DNA of 64,000 nt from Rhizophagus irregularis (GCF_026210795.1 NC_089436.1:496001-560000), one strand, 5' to 3'; shown: positions 1 through 13,161, counted from the first letter of the stretch. Notes: generated by a model from the sequence alone, not told the origin. Program-made: numbers and translations.

Positions 1-82
1 AAGAATCCATTATAATGCATAAAATAGTCATTTTCCACTGCAATTCATAATTTTCCTCTTTACATTAAAAATTTTTGGCTCT

Positions 83-2625
83 ATGTCTGCTATTCGATAT
101 GAATCAATTCTTGCTGCAATCCAAAAAGCAAATGAATTAACAGATTATTACGATAATTATAATGATTTAGATACACAACATGAATTTCAAAAACAAATAG
201 TGCTTGCTGATACATCTCTTACAGAAAATGAAAAAACTGAAGCGATAAGAGAATTAAATAAGATTTATGATCGGAATAAAGTTCTTCATAATGAAGGAAT
301 AAAAAGGATTTGTGAAAATTGTAACCAAAAATGTTTAGCTACATTATATTGTGAATATTGTGTTCGAAATTATCTAAAAGGGAATTTTCCAAATTGGACA
401 TCTGGAAATGATGACGTTGATGATTTGATACAAAAATATCAGATGGAATCATTCAGACCTGATAATATAGTTGAATGGATTCCATATAATAATTTACAAA
501 ATTTTGAATATTTAACAGAAGGTGGATTTTCTGAAATATATACAGCAACTTGGATTGATGGAAAATATGAAGAATGGGATTCTAAAGAAATAAAATTAAA
601 AAGATTTGGAGATATTAAAATAATACTTAAAAAATTAGGAAATGTTGAAAGTGCAAACCGAAGGTGGTTTGAAGAGGTTTGTAATCAAAGCATTATGAAA
701 CTTTTTTAACCTTAATTAATAAGCTTTACTGGTATTTTGGCAGGCTAAAACACATTTAACCATAAGCAATAAATGGCCACAATTTGTTCAATGTTTTGGT
801 TTAACACAAGATCTATCAAATGGAAGTTTTATGCTTGTAATGTATAAAATGGATACGGATTTAAGAAAATATTTGCAACAAACGCACAATCAACTTACAT
901 GGAAAGAGAAAATTAAGATAGCTTATGGTATAATTCTTGCACTTAGTATTATTCATAGTGAAAATGCAATTCATAGAGATTTACATTCTGGGAATATATT
1001 AAATTTGCAACTAAATCAGAAATGGTATATTAGCGATTTTGGATTTTGTGGTCCTGCTGATAAACCGCTAAATTGTATATTTGGAAACCTTCCGTATATA
1101 GCACCTGAAGTTATTACTGGAAAAGGGTATACTTTTGCATCTGATATTTATAGTTTTGCAATGCTTATGTGGGAAATTTCATCTGGACAACCACCGTTTA
1201 TGAATTATGAACATGATTATATTCTTGCAATAAAAATTATTGATGGTAAAAGACCAAAAATTGTATCAGGAACTCCATTAAGATATGCAAATTTAATGAA
1301 AAAATGTTGGGACGCTGATCCAGTAAGAAGACCTGATATTAATACACTTGTAGGCGAAATTTTTGATATGTATGAAAATAAACTAGACGAATTACCTCAA
1401 CCAAAAGCAAAGGATAAGATGAAAACGACAATACCTCAACCAAAAGCAAAGAATAAGATGAAAACGACAATACCTCAACCAAAAGCAAAGAATAAGATGG
1501 AAACGATAAGTAGCAAGTCGTTTACAAGTAAAATATATAACTTTGAAAATCTTCCTGAACCGAGAAATGCAACAGAAAGTAAGTCATGACTGGCAATTAA
1601 TCCTTTACTAACAACAAAAAATTTTTTTTTATTAATATCTTTCTGAACTTAATTACTTAAACAATATTAGAAGAACAAATAGGTAAAGTCAATGAAATTT
1701 TTGTTTACTTTAACATATATTTGATTATTATTATTGATTCTATAATAATAATGTTCCCTTTATTATTAGCACCATTTTATATTAGTAGATCTTATGACTT
1801 TAGTAGTTCTGATAATAGTGATAATAGTAAGTAATTATTAAATTACCATTAGATTTCATGTAATGAAATATAAAGAACAGACTTTAAAGCTTTATTATAT
1901 CAAATATCTGATTAATATTTCTTTTAGTTTCAAGTAAAAAATTATCGAAAGTATTTAAAAAATTACAGATAAATTCAAAGAATGGCAAGTAAAATATTTA
2001 ACATTTCAATTTAAATTTTTTTTTTAAGACAAATACTATAAAGTAATTTGATGAAAAACATTCAATAAATGTTATAAAATCAAATTTTAAACCAAACATT
2101 AATTTACGATTAAAACCTTAATATTTAAATTAACATGTAATTAATTTTAATCTTTTTTATTTTTTTTTTATTTTTAGTTGATGATTTTAATAATTTAAGT
2201 AATGAGAAAAATGTTAACACAGAATCAAGTGAATATAAAGGTAAATGCTTATTATTAAATTTGATATTACTTTAAAATAAATTAATTAACTTTTATTAAA
2301 TTTTCTAAGTAGTTGACAAATCAGAAATCAATTCAAATTATAGCAAGTGGATCATATTAATCTAATTATCATAATGTTATTTAATTAAGGTTATTTTAAT
2401 AAAATAAACTTTTTTTTAGTTATGCAAGATGATCATAAAAAAGAAATTGAGCAACAAGCAAAAAAGCATAGTTTGGATATAAATGGTATATTGTTTTTTA
2501 GTATTTTATAGTAATAGTGGAAAATAATAATTTATAATTTTTGTTTTTGCTTTATAGATGATGATGAAAAGCAAGATGAATTGGAAATTTCTGGTAATGT
2601 ATCTAAAAAAATTAGGACATCCTAA
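83..2625 (+). CDS. Tyrosine-kinase-like (TKL) protein kinase with N-terminal CxxC-x9-CxxC motif and micro-exon C-terminal tail
   Basis: Exons 83-676 and 744-1578 splice in frame (gtttgt..cag). Motifs EGGFS, ILKKL, HRDLHSGN, DFG, APE and DIYS are intact. Further predicted phase-1 exons: 1671-1682, 1770-1826, 1928-1984, 2178-2240, 2313-2342, 2420-2485, 2558-2625. The last exon is uncertain. Confidence 0.85.
1395..1511 (+). repeat. 39-bp in-frame tandem repeat x3 (PQPKAK[D/N]KMKTTI)
   Basis: cctcaaccaaaagcaaag[g/a]ataagatgaaaacgacaata occurs three times just after the kinase domain. Confidence 0.95.
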
Positions 2626-3042
2626 AATTTATTAAGTATTATTTTTCAAAACTTTTTTTATATTATGAATTAAAATTTAAACCAATATTTATACATATTC
2701 AATTATTTAAACACTAAGACTAGAGTAGCAAAATAACTTGCAAATTTCTTAGTATGTAATTTAAATAATTTATTTATTTATTTTTATTTAATTTATCTTC
2801 AAAAGAACTTTCAATAATAAATAAACTTGTATTATTGTTGCAATAATTATAATTTTATTTTGAAATTTGTCATAAAATAAATTAGGACGAATATTTTGGA
2901 AAAGAATTGGTCCTTTGTTAATTATAAGGCAATATCATGTAAACGTTCAGATTTATTGTTTGTCCCTCTAGCAAAAACCATGTGATTGGACGATCTGCAA
3001 TCACGTTGCAACTTACCGTAGTAATTTTACAACTTCCCTCAA

Positions 3043-3223
3043 AAATTTCACTATCACGTGACTTTGGCCCGCATTACGGCATTATGCACTAACGTGTGAA
3101 ATAAACAGTGACAAATAATTTGTGACAAATAAGTTTTTGCCCACTCGAAAAAAACGTCCCTCAGATAAATATAGTTTGCATGCCTGTGATGAATATTTTC
3201 ACTGTCACGTGATAGTGAAATTT
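3043..3223. mobile_element. MITE-like element with 20-bp perfect inverted repeats containing CACGTG
   Basis: aaatttcactatcacgtgac (3043-3062) is the reverse complement of gtcacgtgatagtgaaattt (3204-3223). No TSD identified. Confidence 0.55.
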
Positions 3224-3381
3224 GATGGTGTTACTGGGAAAAATCAGCAAGCCTGATCTCTATTTGTCGCCGCATTATATGTCACCTGTACTACCACGTT
3301 TAAAGTACTATTTATATTGTGACAGGGAATAGATAATAAAATAACTATTTCACATATTGCAATTTTTAATTTACTTGTGAA

Positions 3382-5997
3382 ATGTCAAAACTAGAAGGAA
3401 ATAATTTGAGGGTATAATATTTAATTGCAAGTCTTGTGTTTAATAATTAATTAACGCAATATTGATTTTATCGTATGTTCAACACTTTAGTATCAATTGA
3501 ATAATGCTATAGATAACGTAATAACGGAAAGAAGGATAATAAACAAACTCCATAACAAACGTCATCGTTATCCAAAAATTCCTGAATTTGTTAAACTTAT
3601 TATACTTCCAACGGATCTTTTTGATCCATTCAATAAGAAGCAAACAGATATTCGTGGAACATCTGTTATAAGAAAATTATATAAATCTTTCGATGTAGCT
3701 TGCATTCCAATTACCATACCCACCGAAAAAGATTCACCGAAAGCTAATTCTATAAAACAACAAATAGAAATAATGATTAAACTAAATTCTTCACGCAATT
3801 TTCTCAAGTATTATGGGATTTCAAATACAATTGATACTCTTATAATGATTAAGGAATGGGCTGAATTAGGTAATTTAAAGGAAGTTCACGATAATTATAA
3901 TATAAGCTGGAATGTAAAGGTATGAATATTTTTTATTTTTATGATAACTCAGATACGTGCAATTACTGAGACTAAACTTTTGATACTAGATTCAAATAGC
4001 ACTCGATATTTGTCGTGGAATATGTTTTATGCATGAAAATAAAATCCTTCATCATAATTTGCAATGTGCAAATATTATGGTAATTATAGAACCTTTAAAC
4101 ATTATTATTTAAAGATATAATAATAAAACTAACAGAATATTTAATAAGATGTCAGGATATTGTGAACCTAGAATAACAAATTTTGAATATTCTTATTATA
4201 TGGGCGATAAAACATTAATAATTCCAATTATAGATAATGTAATTAATTGGGCGGCCCCAGAACAAATTGAGAACCTTGTTTCATATAAATATGATACAAA
4301 ATGTGAAGTATTTAGGTAATCTTAAATTTTATTAAATTATCAATTTTGTTTTATTAATAAATTCCTATTGATACAAAAAGATTTTAATTTGCAAGCTTTG
4401 GAATGCTACTATGGGAACTTGCTTTTGAAAGAATTCCTTATCAGGGTTGGGATGCACAAAAAATAAAAGATCATGTTTTAAAAAATAATAGAGAAAACAT
4501 AGATTCAATAAAAAATGAAAAAGTTTATGAGGATTATTTTGAAATCGTTAAAAATGGTAAGTTGTACATAATTTTCTTACAATGAAATAATTTTTATGAT
4601 ATTTACGTATTTTTCTTTTAATTAGCTTGGAATCAAAATCCAAAAGACCGTGATCAGTTTACAACTGTTTTCAATAAACTAGAACAGTTGGCTTTTAGTT
4701 ATTATAATAATGGAATTTCTTTGAATTTAACTTCTAAATTCGCCCATCATTTTACTACTAAACCTACTGATGAGTTAGAACTTAGAAGCGAGAGCAAAAT
4801 TGTGGATTGAAGATATGATTGAAAAGAAAGTCATTAAATCAATAAATTGGTCTGAATTTAAATCAGATTCTGTTAAAGCAATTGGAAAAGGGAATTTTGG
4901 TTCAATAATTAAAACATATTGGACGAATGGTCATAATTATGTAGTATGCAAAAAATTAATTAACTCATCAGATATTCAATATAAAGAGTGGGAAGCATTT
5001 AAACATGAATTACATATGCAAAGTAGAGCACATAGTTGCGAAAATATTATACGAATTTTAGGAATTAGTAAGAGTAAGTTACGCCTAAATAATGTATAAC
5101 TGATAAAGGTTACATGTCATATATATGCTTGTATATTAATAATTTTTTTTCTTGTAGGTGATAAAGATAAATACCATATTGTTATGGAATATGCTGATGA
5201 AGGAGATTTAAAACATTATCTTTCAAATAATTTTGAAAAACTTGATTGGAATGGAAAATTTAGATTAGCTTTAGATATCACAAATGGATTACAATTTTTA
5301 CATAAAGAGAAAATTTTACATAGAGATCTCGTAAGTAGTTTATAAATTTTTCAAATTCTTACAAATTTATCTTAGTTAAATTTTTAAATTATAAAATGTA
5401 GCATGCTAAAAATATAGTAATACATCAAGGAAAAGCAAAAATAACAGATTTTGGTTATTCTAAAAGTATGAATACTGCAACAATTATACATGAAAAGGTG
5501 TTTGGAAATATTCGATATGTTGCTCCTGAAGTTCTAAGAGCAAGTAAAGCGAAACAATGTCCTTATACAGAATATTCTGATATATATAGTTTAGGAGTCT
5601 TATTATGGGAGATATCAAGTGGTCAAAATCCTTTTGAAGAACATTCGGACTATACAGTAATTGTAGCAATATTGTCAGGATCTAGAGAAGAAAGAATAAA
5701 AAATACTCCTAATGAATATTATGAATTGTATAGTAAATGTTGGAGTGATGAGCCTGAAAAGAGATGTACTATTGATTATGTTTATTCCAGTTTAAAGAAG
5801 TTATATAAAAAAGAAACCGATGATAAAAAAGAAGTTGACGACAAAAAAGAAATTGACAAAGGTAAGATAAATCAAATCTCAGATTTACTTTATTATTTTT
5901 ATTAGTAGTATTAATAATCTTTATTTTGAAAATATTTTGTTCGGGTGACAACTTATGTTCAGGAGATTCTCTTTATTTAAGCAGTTGTGACTTATGA
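3382..5997 (+). CDS. Tandem pseudokinase plus active TKL kinase
   Basis: Predicted exons 3382-3411, 3491-3919, 3990-4079, 4149-4315, 4396-4556, 4626-(4697), (4786)-5073, 5158-5330, 5402-5861, 5963-5997. Domain 1: no Gly loop, VACIP, HHNLQCAN, NFE, APE, KCEVFSFG. Domain 2: GKGNFG, VVCKK, HRDLHAKN, DFG, APE, DIYS. The junction needs a weak intron (4698-4785) or a frameshift. Confidence 0.7.
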
Positions 5998-6202
5998 CTT
6001 ATCAAAAAATTGAATAAACGTCTACAGAATGGAATCAGAGTTTATATCTTATTAAATAAGCTTAATTTTTCATAATTACCATATCTAAAGAAAAAGTTTA
6101 ATTTTCCAGACATGTGGACACATCGGAAAATGTTATTTTATCTTCTTAAAAATTAATTGCCGATCCGCATGTAATGGAAAAATTACCGCAAATTTGAAAT
6201 TT

Positions 6203-6490
6203 GCGTTTCCCCCATAGATAAGTCGATCAATTTTTAACCAAATCACTTGAAATTTTTATTGAAAGGACTTTGAGATTTGATTTTTTTTATCCAAATGTTT
6301 AATGTGATTCTTATAAAAAAGATTTTAAAAATCCATCTATAAATTGAACAAGTCAAAATTACATATGAATTCTGCGTTTCCCTCATAGATAAGTCGATCA
6401 ATTTTTAATCAAATTACTTAAAAATTTTTGTTGAAAAACCTTGAGATTATATCTTTTTTATTCAAGTATTTAATATTAATATTATAAAAC
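6203..6490 (+). repeat. Imperfect direct duplication, about 110 bp at about 171-bp spacing
   Basis: gcgtttccc[c/t]catagataagtcgatcaatttttaa..aaat.actt.aaa...ttgagatt starts near 6203 and again near 6374. Confidence 0.85.
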
Positions 6491-7196
6491 ATAATTTTAC
6501 AAAAAATTCCTAAACAAAATTTGGCAATATTTTGAATAAATTTGCGCCACTTTTTTTTTTCCTAATAAAAGTACCGGCTAGAAGCCTCAAATTTTATAAT
6601 TACATACTTTTACATATATTCTTTAAAAAAAAATTAATTGAAAAAATACGGATTTTTTTTTATATTTGATTTTAATGACTTCAAAACCTGTAAAAACTAC
6701 CAAATTTTAAGCAATTATTGATTTTTTTGCGATTTTTTCAAATTTTTCAGTTTTCTAAGTTAAATAACTCTGCGGAAATAAATTTTGATGCTTTAAAATG
6801 ATCTGCGCCCCTAAATCACATATTCTGGATGTGTACAAAGTGTTTATTTTTAGATTATTAAGTAAAATCAGGTTTTCAGTGGTCTATCGTTCACATTCGG
6901 ACTAGCAATTAAACACAAATATTTCTCCAATTTCCCACAGCGCGTTAAAAGCACATTGATGGCTGGAATTATCCAAAAAAAGGAAGATTAAATTAAAAAA
7001 TGACATCACTGAGACGAATTATTTTTTGATAAGTTCATAAAAACTGATACTTACTGATTTTTAACTTATACAATTATCCGAACGGTAAATGATCGAATTT
7101 TATATGTCTTAGTATCAACAAGCATTTTCAAAATAAAGTATAATATTATAATATAAATATCGGTATAATTTGTGATTCATATGGGACCCAACATAT

Positions 7197-7219
7197 CGTT
7201 ATATCGAAGTTTGACTGTA
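7197..7219 (-). mobile_element. Solo pogo/Tc1-mariner-like terminal inverted repeat
   Basis: Reverse complement reads TA-CAGTCAAACTTCGATATAACG, similar to the ends at 15998 and 20045/20206. Partner end not found. Confidence 0.45.
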
Positions 7220-8302
7220 TCTCACCTTTTTTTTGTCATTAACTTCTTTTATCGTCGACAATTTCAACAACTTTTGTCAATATTTCCTAATTTCTTAAAA
7301 ACATTATTAACTCCCCTTATAACTTACGATAATCATCGAGAGTCCTTGGAACTTTTTCTTCTTTATATCTAATGATATTGATATAATAATATTTGTATAT
7401 ACGGATTTAAAGGGATTTTGAACACTTGATATCTCCCATAATAAAATCCATGGTATGTAGAATATCCTATATTAGGACCTTGTTCGGAATTACCATTATA
7501 CTTTCAAGAGTCTTGCTTTCAAAATAACCAAAATATGTAATTTTTTTCATATTTATTATTTATATGCCGATTTAACAAGCTTTGCTTGTGAGCAGGACGG
7601 TTTTAGAAATTGAGCGACAATAATTTATAGTTCGATCTCGTGAGATAATAAATGCCCATAACTTTTTTAATAATTGTTTTAACAAGTTAGGATAGAGACA
7701 GAGATGAAAAAGATAATAACAGAATTGTGTGAATTATGTTTCGATAACATTAAGAAGTCAAGGTTATTTGTTTAAAAAAAGCATGTAATGGAAAGGAATA
7801 GATCGAATTGGGATGAGACATTAGCAAGTGGGAGTACTTTTTCAGAAGAAAATAATAAAAATCATAAAAATAAAAATGAAGAAAAAATAAAGCAAATAAG
7901 GATACAGGAATTAGGACAAGAAGTAACAAAAACTCAAATTAGTATAGATATTTTTTAGATAGTTTAAATAGAAATTTATAATACTTTTAATTAGCTGTAA
8001 AGATAATATTCTCTTAGGGGAGAAATGCGTTGTTAAAATTTAAAAAATAAAATAAATAAATAAATGCCGTAACTATCACGTGATCATCGTCATCTATCAA
8101 TTTAATAACTTTCTTTTTAAAAATATCTTTAATCCATTCTCTTGCTCTTGTTTCTAATTCATCAATATATTTAACATTGATCACGATCCCCTAAGCACAA
8201 TTTTGATTTTTGAGCTCATTTCATTTTTATATTCAACAATATTGAGTTCACCACTTAATGAAATTAATTTAATTTAAGCTCATGGTTTTTTTATCTGATA
8301 CT

Positions 8303-9648
8303 TAGGGATGTTAATGGTCCAGTCCAGTTTGGACTTTGGACTGGTTCAGTCTTCATTAGTTTATGGTTCCAGGACCGGACCGCGGACCTGATCGGTCCCA
8401 GCGTCGGCCCTAAAAAAATCACGTGAAAGAAAAGCGGGCTGACACTAAAATTTTGGCCTAAATTACCCAAGAGCCAAAAATTTCGGTTTTATTGTCACAT
8501 CCACATACCTCTTATTTTAATTCTTCGTAATTTTTCGTCTTTAAATTCTGTAAATAAAAAATACTATATCGGTCCGGCCAAATCAGCTGTAAGACCGGAC
8601 TGTGGTCCCATATTTGATATAATATTAGTTCGATATTTAAACCTATGGTTCCTTTGTTTAATTCCGAATTTATTTCATATTCTCTCGATGAGTAAATCAA
8701 TAATTGTACGTATCAGAGATACTTAAGAGTTAAAATGATTTCCTGAATATTTGGTTTTAACTAGCTGGTTCCCACTTCAAGTATTCTAATTAATTCAAGT
8801 AATATTTTAAATTTTATATAGAAATATAAATTTAAATAATTATTCTATAAAAGTTGTTATTTTTTTAAGGGGAGCTCCATCAATAAATTTTTCTCTTTAA
8901 TTTGTTACAGAATACCATGTAATTTTCAATACACAATAGTTCGAGAAATTAACATATTAATTTTTTTAAACTTCCTTTTTTTACTATTATTATTATTATT
9001 CCATTTATAATCTTTTTTTTTATATGTTCTTTAAGTGTAATTTTTTTTAAAAAAAAAGTTTCTAACCGAGAAAATCCTAAATATGGGAACGCATTAGAGT
9101 ACATATGCTAAACTTTTATATTTCAATTTAAACTTTAATAGTAAAATCAGATTTCTTTATATTGACAAATAATATTATAGGTTAATAATGAATTAATGTA
9201 TTGTATTAGCTAAGTTTTTGATTCATAAGTGTAAACAAAGTATTTAAATCGATAATTAAATTCATTGCTCTCTCTCAAATCTCAAATTGCTTATTTTTTT
9301 AAAAAAATACTCCAAAACTTGTTGGCATAGAGAACGAGAGGAGAATAGGGAGATTAATGGCACTGAAAACTTTGAAGATATAAATAACGGGAAGAAGAGA
9401 GAGAACAAGAACTCGAAGCAAAAGAGGATAACAAGGTAAGAAAAAAATTTCGATTTTTTTTTTGCAAATTGAATATTATAATTTGTGTGTCGGTTAATAG
9501 TGTAAGAGAAGAAATGAATATAAAGATAATCGACCGAAAAAAAAACATGAAGCATTGTATGTTGAGTTTTTCTTATATCGGTTATTAGTCAGTTTAAACC
9601 GGTTTAATATAATCAGTTCGGTCCGATTAAACTCGGCCAATATCTCTA
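8303..9648. mobile_element. Possible degenerate hAT-like non-autonomous element
   Basis: Starts TAGGGATG, followed by clustered ggtcc/ggac[c/t] subterminal motifs. Similar ccggttt/cggtccg motifs at 9580-9640 and a degenerate end (tatctcta). No TSD. Confidence 0.3.
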
Positions 9649-10229
9649 ATGTCAATTAAAACTTTGCATCATCAAATATGCGATAAGACTAAAAAATAAA
9701 TATACATATGGAATATTTTTACATTTTAAAAAAAATAAAATAAAATAACATAGCTGCGAAAATATTTAATTACAACTAGTGAGTTATTATTTCATATATC
9801 ATCAATTTAACTATTTGTTACATTTGAATAAGCATAGTATAAACGAACATATTGCGAGATAGTCACGTAAATTGTTTGATAGATATTTTTATTTCATTTG
9901 ATAATAATAACAAATCATTTTTTAATTTCGAAAGAAATGAGTAATACTGTTGATTTTAAAAAAGAATATGATACAATGCAAGATTAAAGGTATTTTTTTC
10001 AACTTAAATTTCGATTAAACAAAAATTCTAGAGATGCAGTATTCAAATTGCAGTTTATTAAAGATTGGATGATTATAAAATAAAGTTTACACAATGCTAA
10101 TTCTAATAAAAAAAAAATTTAGATATGCTAACAAAATATTGTGGATTGCAAATTATATCAAATAGATTAATTAAAATTGTCAAATTATGAGTTGTTTCAT
10201 AATTATATGTCCGGGTCCTCCTAATATAA

Positions 10230-10590
10230 TTACCAATACTTTTCTTACTTAGTACCTTATCCAAGAACTCATCCATCTCTTTATCTTCTATTGATTTTCT
10301 ATGATGGTCTGCAACTAAACTGAAGTTAGATGAATTGTTGTTAGGAGTATTATCACTCTGTAACTGCCTCTGTTCCAATTTCGTTACTCTTTCTTTAAGC
10401 TCGGCATTTTCTAGTTCCTTGATTCTGACCTTAAACTCAGCATTCTCAGTATGATCACACCTGGTATCCTCCTGATCTCCTCCATAATCTGCTTTAGGAG
10501 CTCTGCATTCCTGGCCTTAACCTCAGCAACCTTCTTTCTAAGTTCGGAAATCTCAGCACTTTTGGCCTTCTGACTGATCATTAACAACGT
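10230..10590 (-). pseudogene. Remnant of a Glomeromycotina repeat-associated coiled-coil gene family
   Basis: Frameshifted fragments such as ELRKKVAEVKARNAELLKQIMEE and ENAELKERVTKLEQRQLQSDNTPNNNSSNF..KSIEDKEMDEFLD. Confidence 0.5.
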
Positions 10591-10779
10591 TAATGGCTTT
10601 TGTCAAGAAAAAATTTTTTGGAAATAAAAAATAGATACAAAGATTCGGAAGTAGCTCTTGATACATGCAAAAAAAAAAACAAATACAAAAGTTGAAAGCA
10701 TAGTTCACCAGTACATGAAGTTTCTATGCTAAGGTCTATCTATCCTAAACTCTAATTCGTTTTTGTCGCAAGATCATCT

Positions 10780-11145
10780 TACCTTAAGAAAATCTGCTGC
10801 ATTCGGTTTTTGTACCTTGCCCAATAATCAAGCAATATGGCAAAGAACCCTTTCAACCATACCTTTCATATAATCATATCCTTACTATCATATACGACAA
10901 ATATAGGTTTTTGATAGCTTGAATCTGTATCGTCAAGTGAACGTCCATTCTTTCGCATCTGTAATAATTCTGAATATCTTACCACAAAATATTCTCTCTT
11001 CTATCTCACTTGCCTTACGCTTACGGTTTGATAAAGCTGATTCAAGTTGTACGGCATTCTGAGCAATGCCCTTTAAAAAATCTTCATCCTTCACTTCTGT
11101 CACACCAACAGTTTTTGCTGTTTGGAGCAAGTCTATTGCAATATC
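10780..11145 (-). pseudogene. Truncated Crinkler (CRN)-like C-terminal restriction-endonuclease-fold domain
   Basis: DIAIDLLQTAKTVGVTEVKDEDFLKGIAQNAVQLESAL..IITDAKEW..MVERVLCHIA resembles the D..EvK..G.aQ motif of PD-(D/E)xK-type CRN domains. 5' truncated, with internal stops and frameshifts. Confidence 0.6.
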
Positions 11146-12708
11146 AAAATAATAAATTTTTTGATTGTAATTATAAACGTTTTATGTACACTATCAACGA
11201 TTGTTTGTTGAATGTTACTAGATACTTTATTTTTTTAGTTTTATCGTGTTTTATTGTATTTTCTTTCCAGACATTAGGGCAGTTATCTGGTTAGATTCTG
11301 TTTAACCAGCTGGTTAACCAGTTAAAATAGTTATTCTGAATTCAGGATTATAATCCAGCTTTTTGATATTTTTTTTACGTAAGATTTTCTTAAAAAACAT
11401 TTTTTATTTTGAAAAAATTCTCTTCTTGTATACCGTTCTTTGACATAAAGATAATGATGTCATCAAGGTGACAACCGACTGATCAAGGTAATGAAGACAG
11501 ACTAATAGGGCATCTGGGTGTACCCTTGAAAGACAGAAAGAGAAATCATTGAAAGATTGTGCAACCTCCTGAAAAAAAAGGGGCAAACTTGTTTTTATTC
11601 CAGAAATGTCAAATGATTTTAAATAAGAAAATTAAACTTACCAAAAAGAAATGCGAGGTTATTTATTTTACTTAATACCTATTAATGTTTTATTAGGTTG
11701 AATGTTCACGATTTTAAACTATATTTTAAAAATTTAATTATAAATAATTTTAATATAATCTTGAAAATAATGAACAATAAAGTGAAAAGAAAAGGAAATA
11801 CAACATATAAACAAATATAACTTTTTATTAAAATCTTAAAAATTTTCTGACTTGTTAATACCAAAAACGAAGATAAGAAAAATTTAAGAGAAAAATCACT
11901 AGAGTTCCAATTTCAATAAAATTATATATATTACTAATAGAGCTTAACTTACTTTTAAAATCAGCTGTGTAATACTTATCATGGATAAATTCATATAGAT
12001 AGGAATGCTATACTTCTGAGCTTTACTTATTTTTCTTATTATTATTATATGAATCTTCTGAATTCCTATTAAATCAACAAATATTATTGATTTATTATCG
12101 GTTGACCTTTAAAGCTTATGTAATCATAGATTTATTACTGATTACTAATTTAATTTACGGAGAAACTTCATTCTTATAAATTGTTATAGCCGATTGATTT
12201 GCAAATCAGTTTATTGTCATTTTTCTTCTAATAAAAATGGTTTCTCTATTAAAAATTTTAATTATTGTTCTGCAAGTAGATGATGATGTACTGTACACAG
12301 TTAATTAATCGTTACGCGGAATTTTATGAGATTTGCACTAATGTAAAATTTGCAGATCCCGATAAATTCCTGCAAATTCCATGGGTCTGTACATAGCACA
12401 GCAGTGTACTTTGGAAATTCCAACAAGAATTGGCGTTGGCTTTATTGATTGAAAGGTAAATACAATCATTAGAAATATGCGAGTTTTGTAAGATTTTAGT
12501 GTCCAATATTTACCAAGACATCCAATATTGAAATCACTATTAATAGCAATTCCTATTTGATCACTGCTTACTGACAATAGCGCCTCAAACACTTAGATGT
12601 TGGAACCGACCGAAAAAAACCTTAGCTGATTAATAACCAGCTACCGTAATCGAACAATAATCGATTAATTAATCCGGTTAATTAATCGGTTAATTTATAA
12701 TAAGATTA

Positions 12709-12895
12709 CAGCTGATTTCATAATGTACGGGACATTTAGCAAAATTTAAAGAACTCGGAAATATTCAGTATAGCTTAATATAAAATAAAAATTATACGCT
12801 AATTTTGGAGTACTATTCCGAGAATGGTGGCTTTACCGAATATTTCCGAGTTCTTTAAAATTTGTTAAGTGTCCCGTACATTGTGAAATCAGCTG
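12709..12895. mobile_element. Tc1/mariner-type MITE, 187 bp, about 66-bp TIRs, TA TSD
   Basis: TA-cagctgatttca[t/c]aatgtacgggaca..gaactcggaaatattc pairs with gaatatttccgagttc..tgtcccgtacattgtgaaatcagctg-TA, with about 6 mismatches. Confidence 0.85.
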
Positions 12896-13161
12896 TAAAT
12901 GTGTTTATACTATCGGCTGCGTTGAATTCGTTTATCGCGAATAAATAAGTATGACTGGTTTATGATTAACTTCGTTATATGTAATATCGTGAAATTTATA
13001 ATAAAGTCGGTATATGGTGATAAAATTAATTATAGACGGTTTTGGTTTAAGTAAAAAGTTCGTTATGAGGCCAAAATCGGCCCGAATTGTTATATCGTGA
13101 CTAATAAAAAAATGTTTGTGAAACTGTTATTCTAAATTTGTCAAATAATAATAATTACCGT

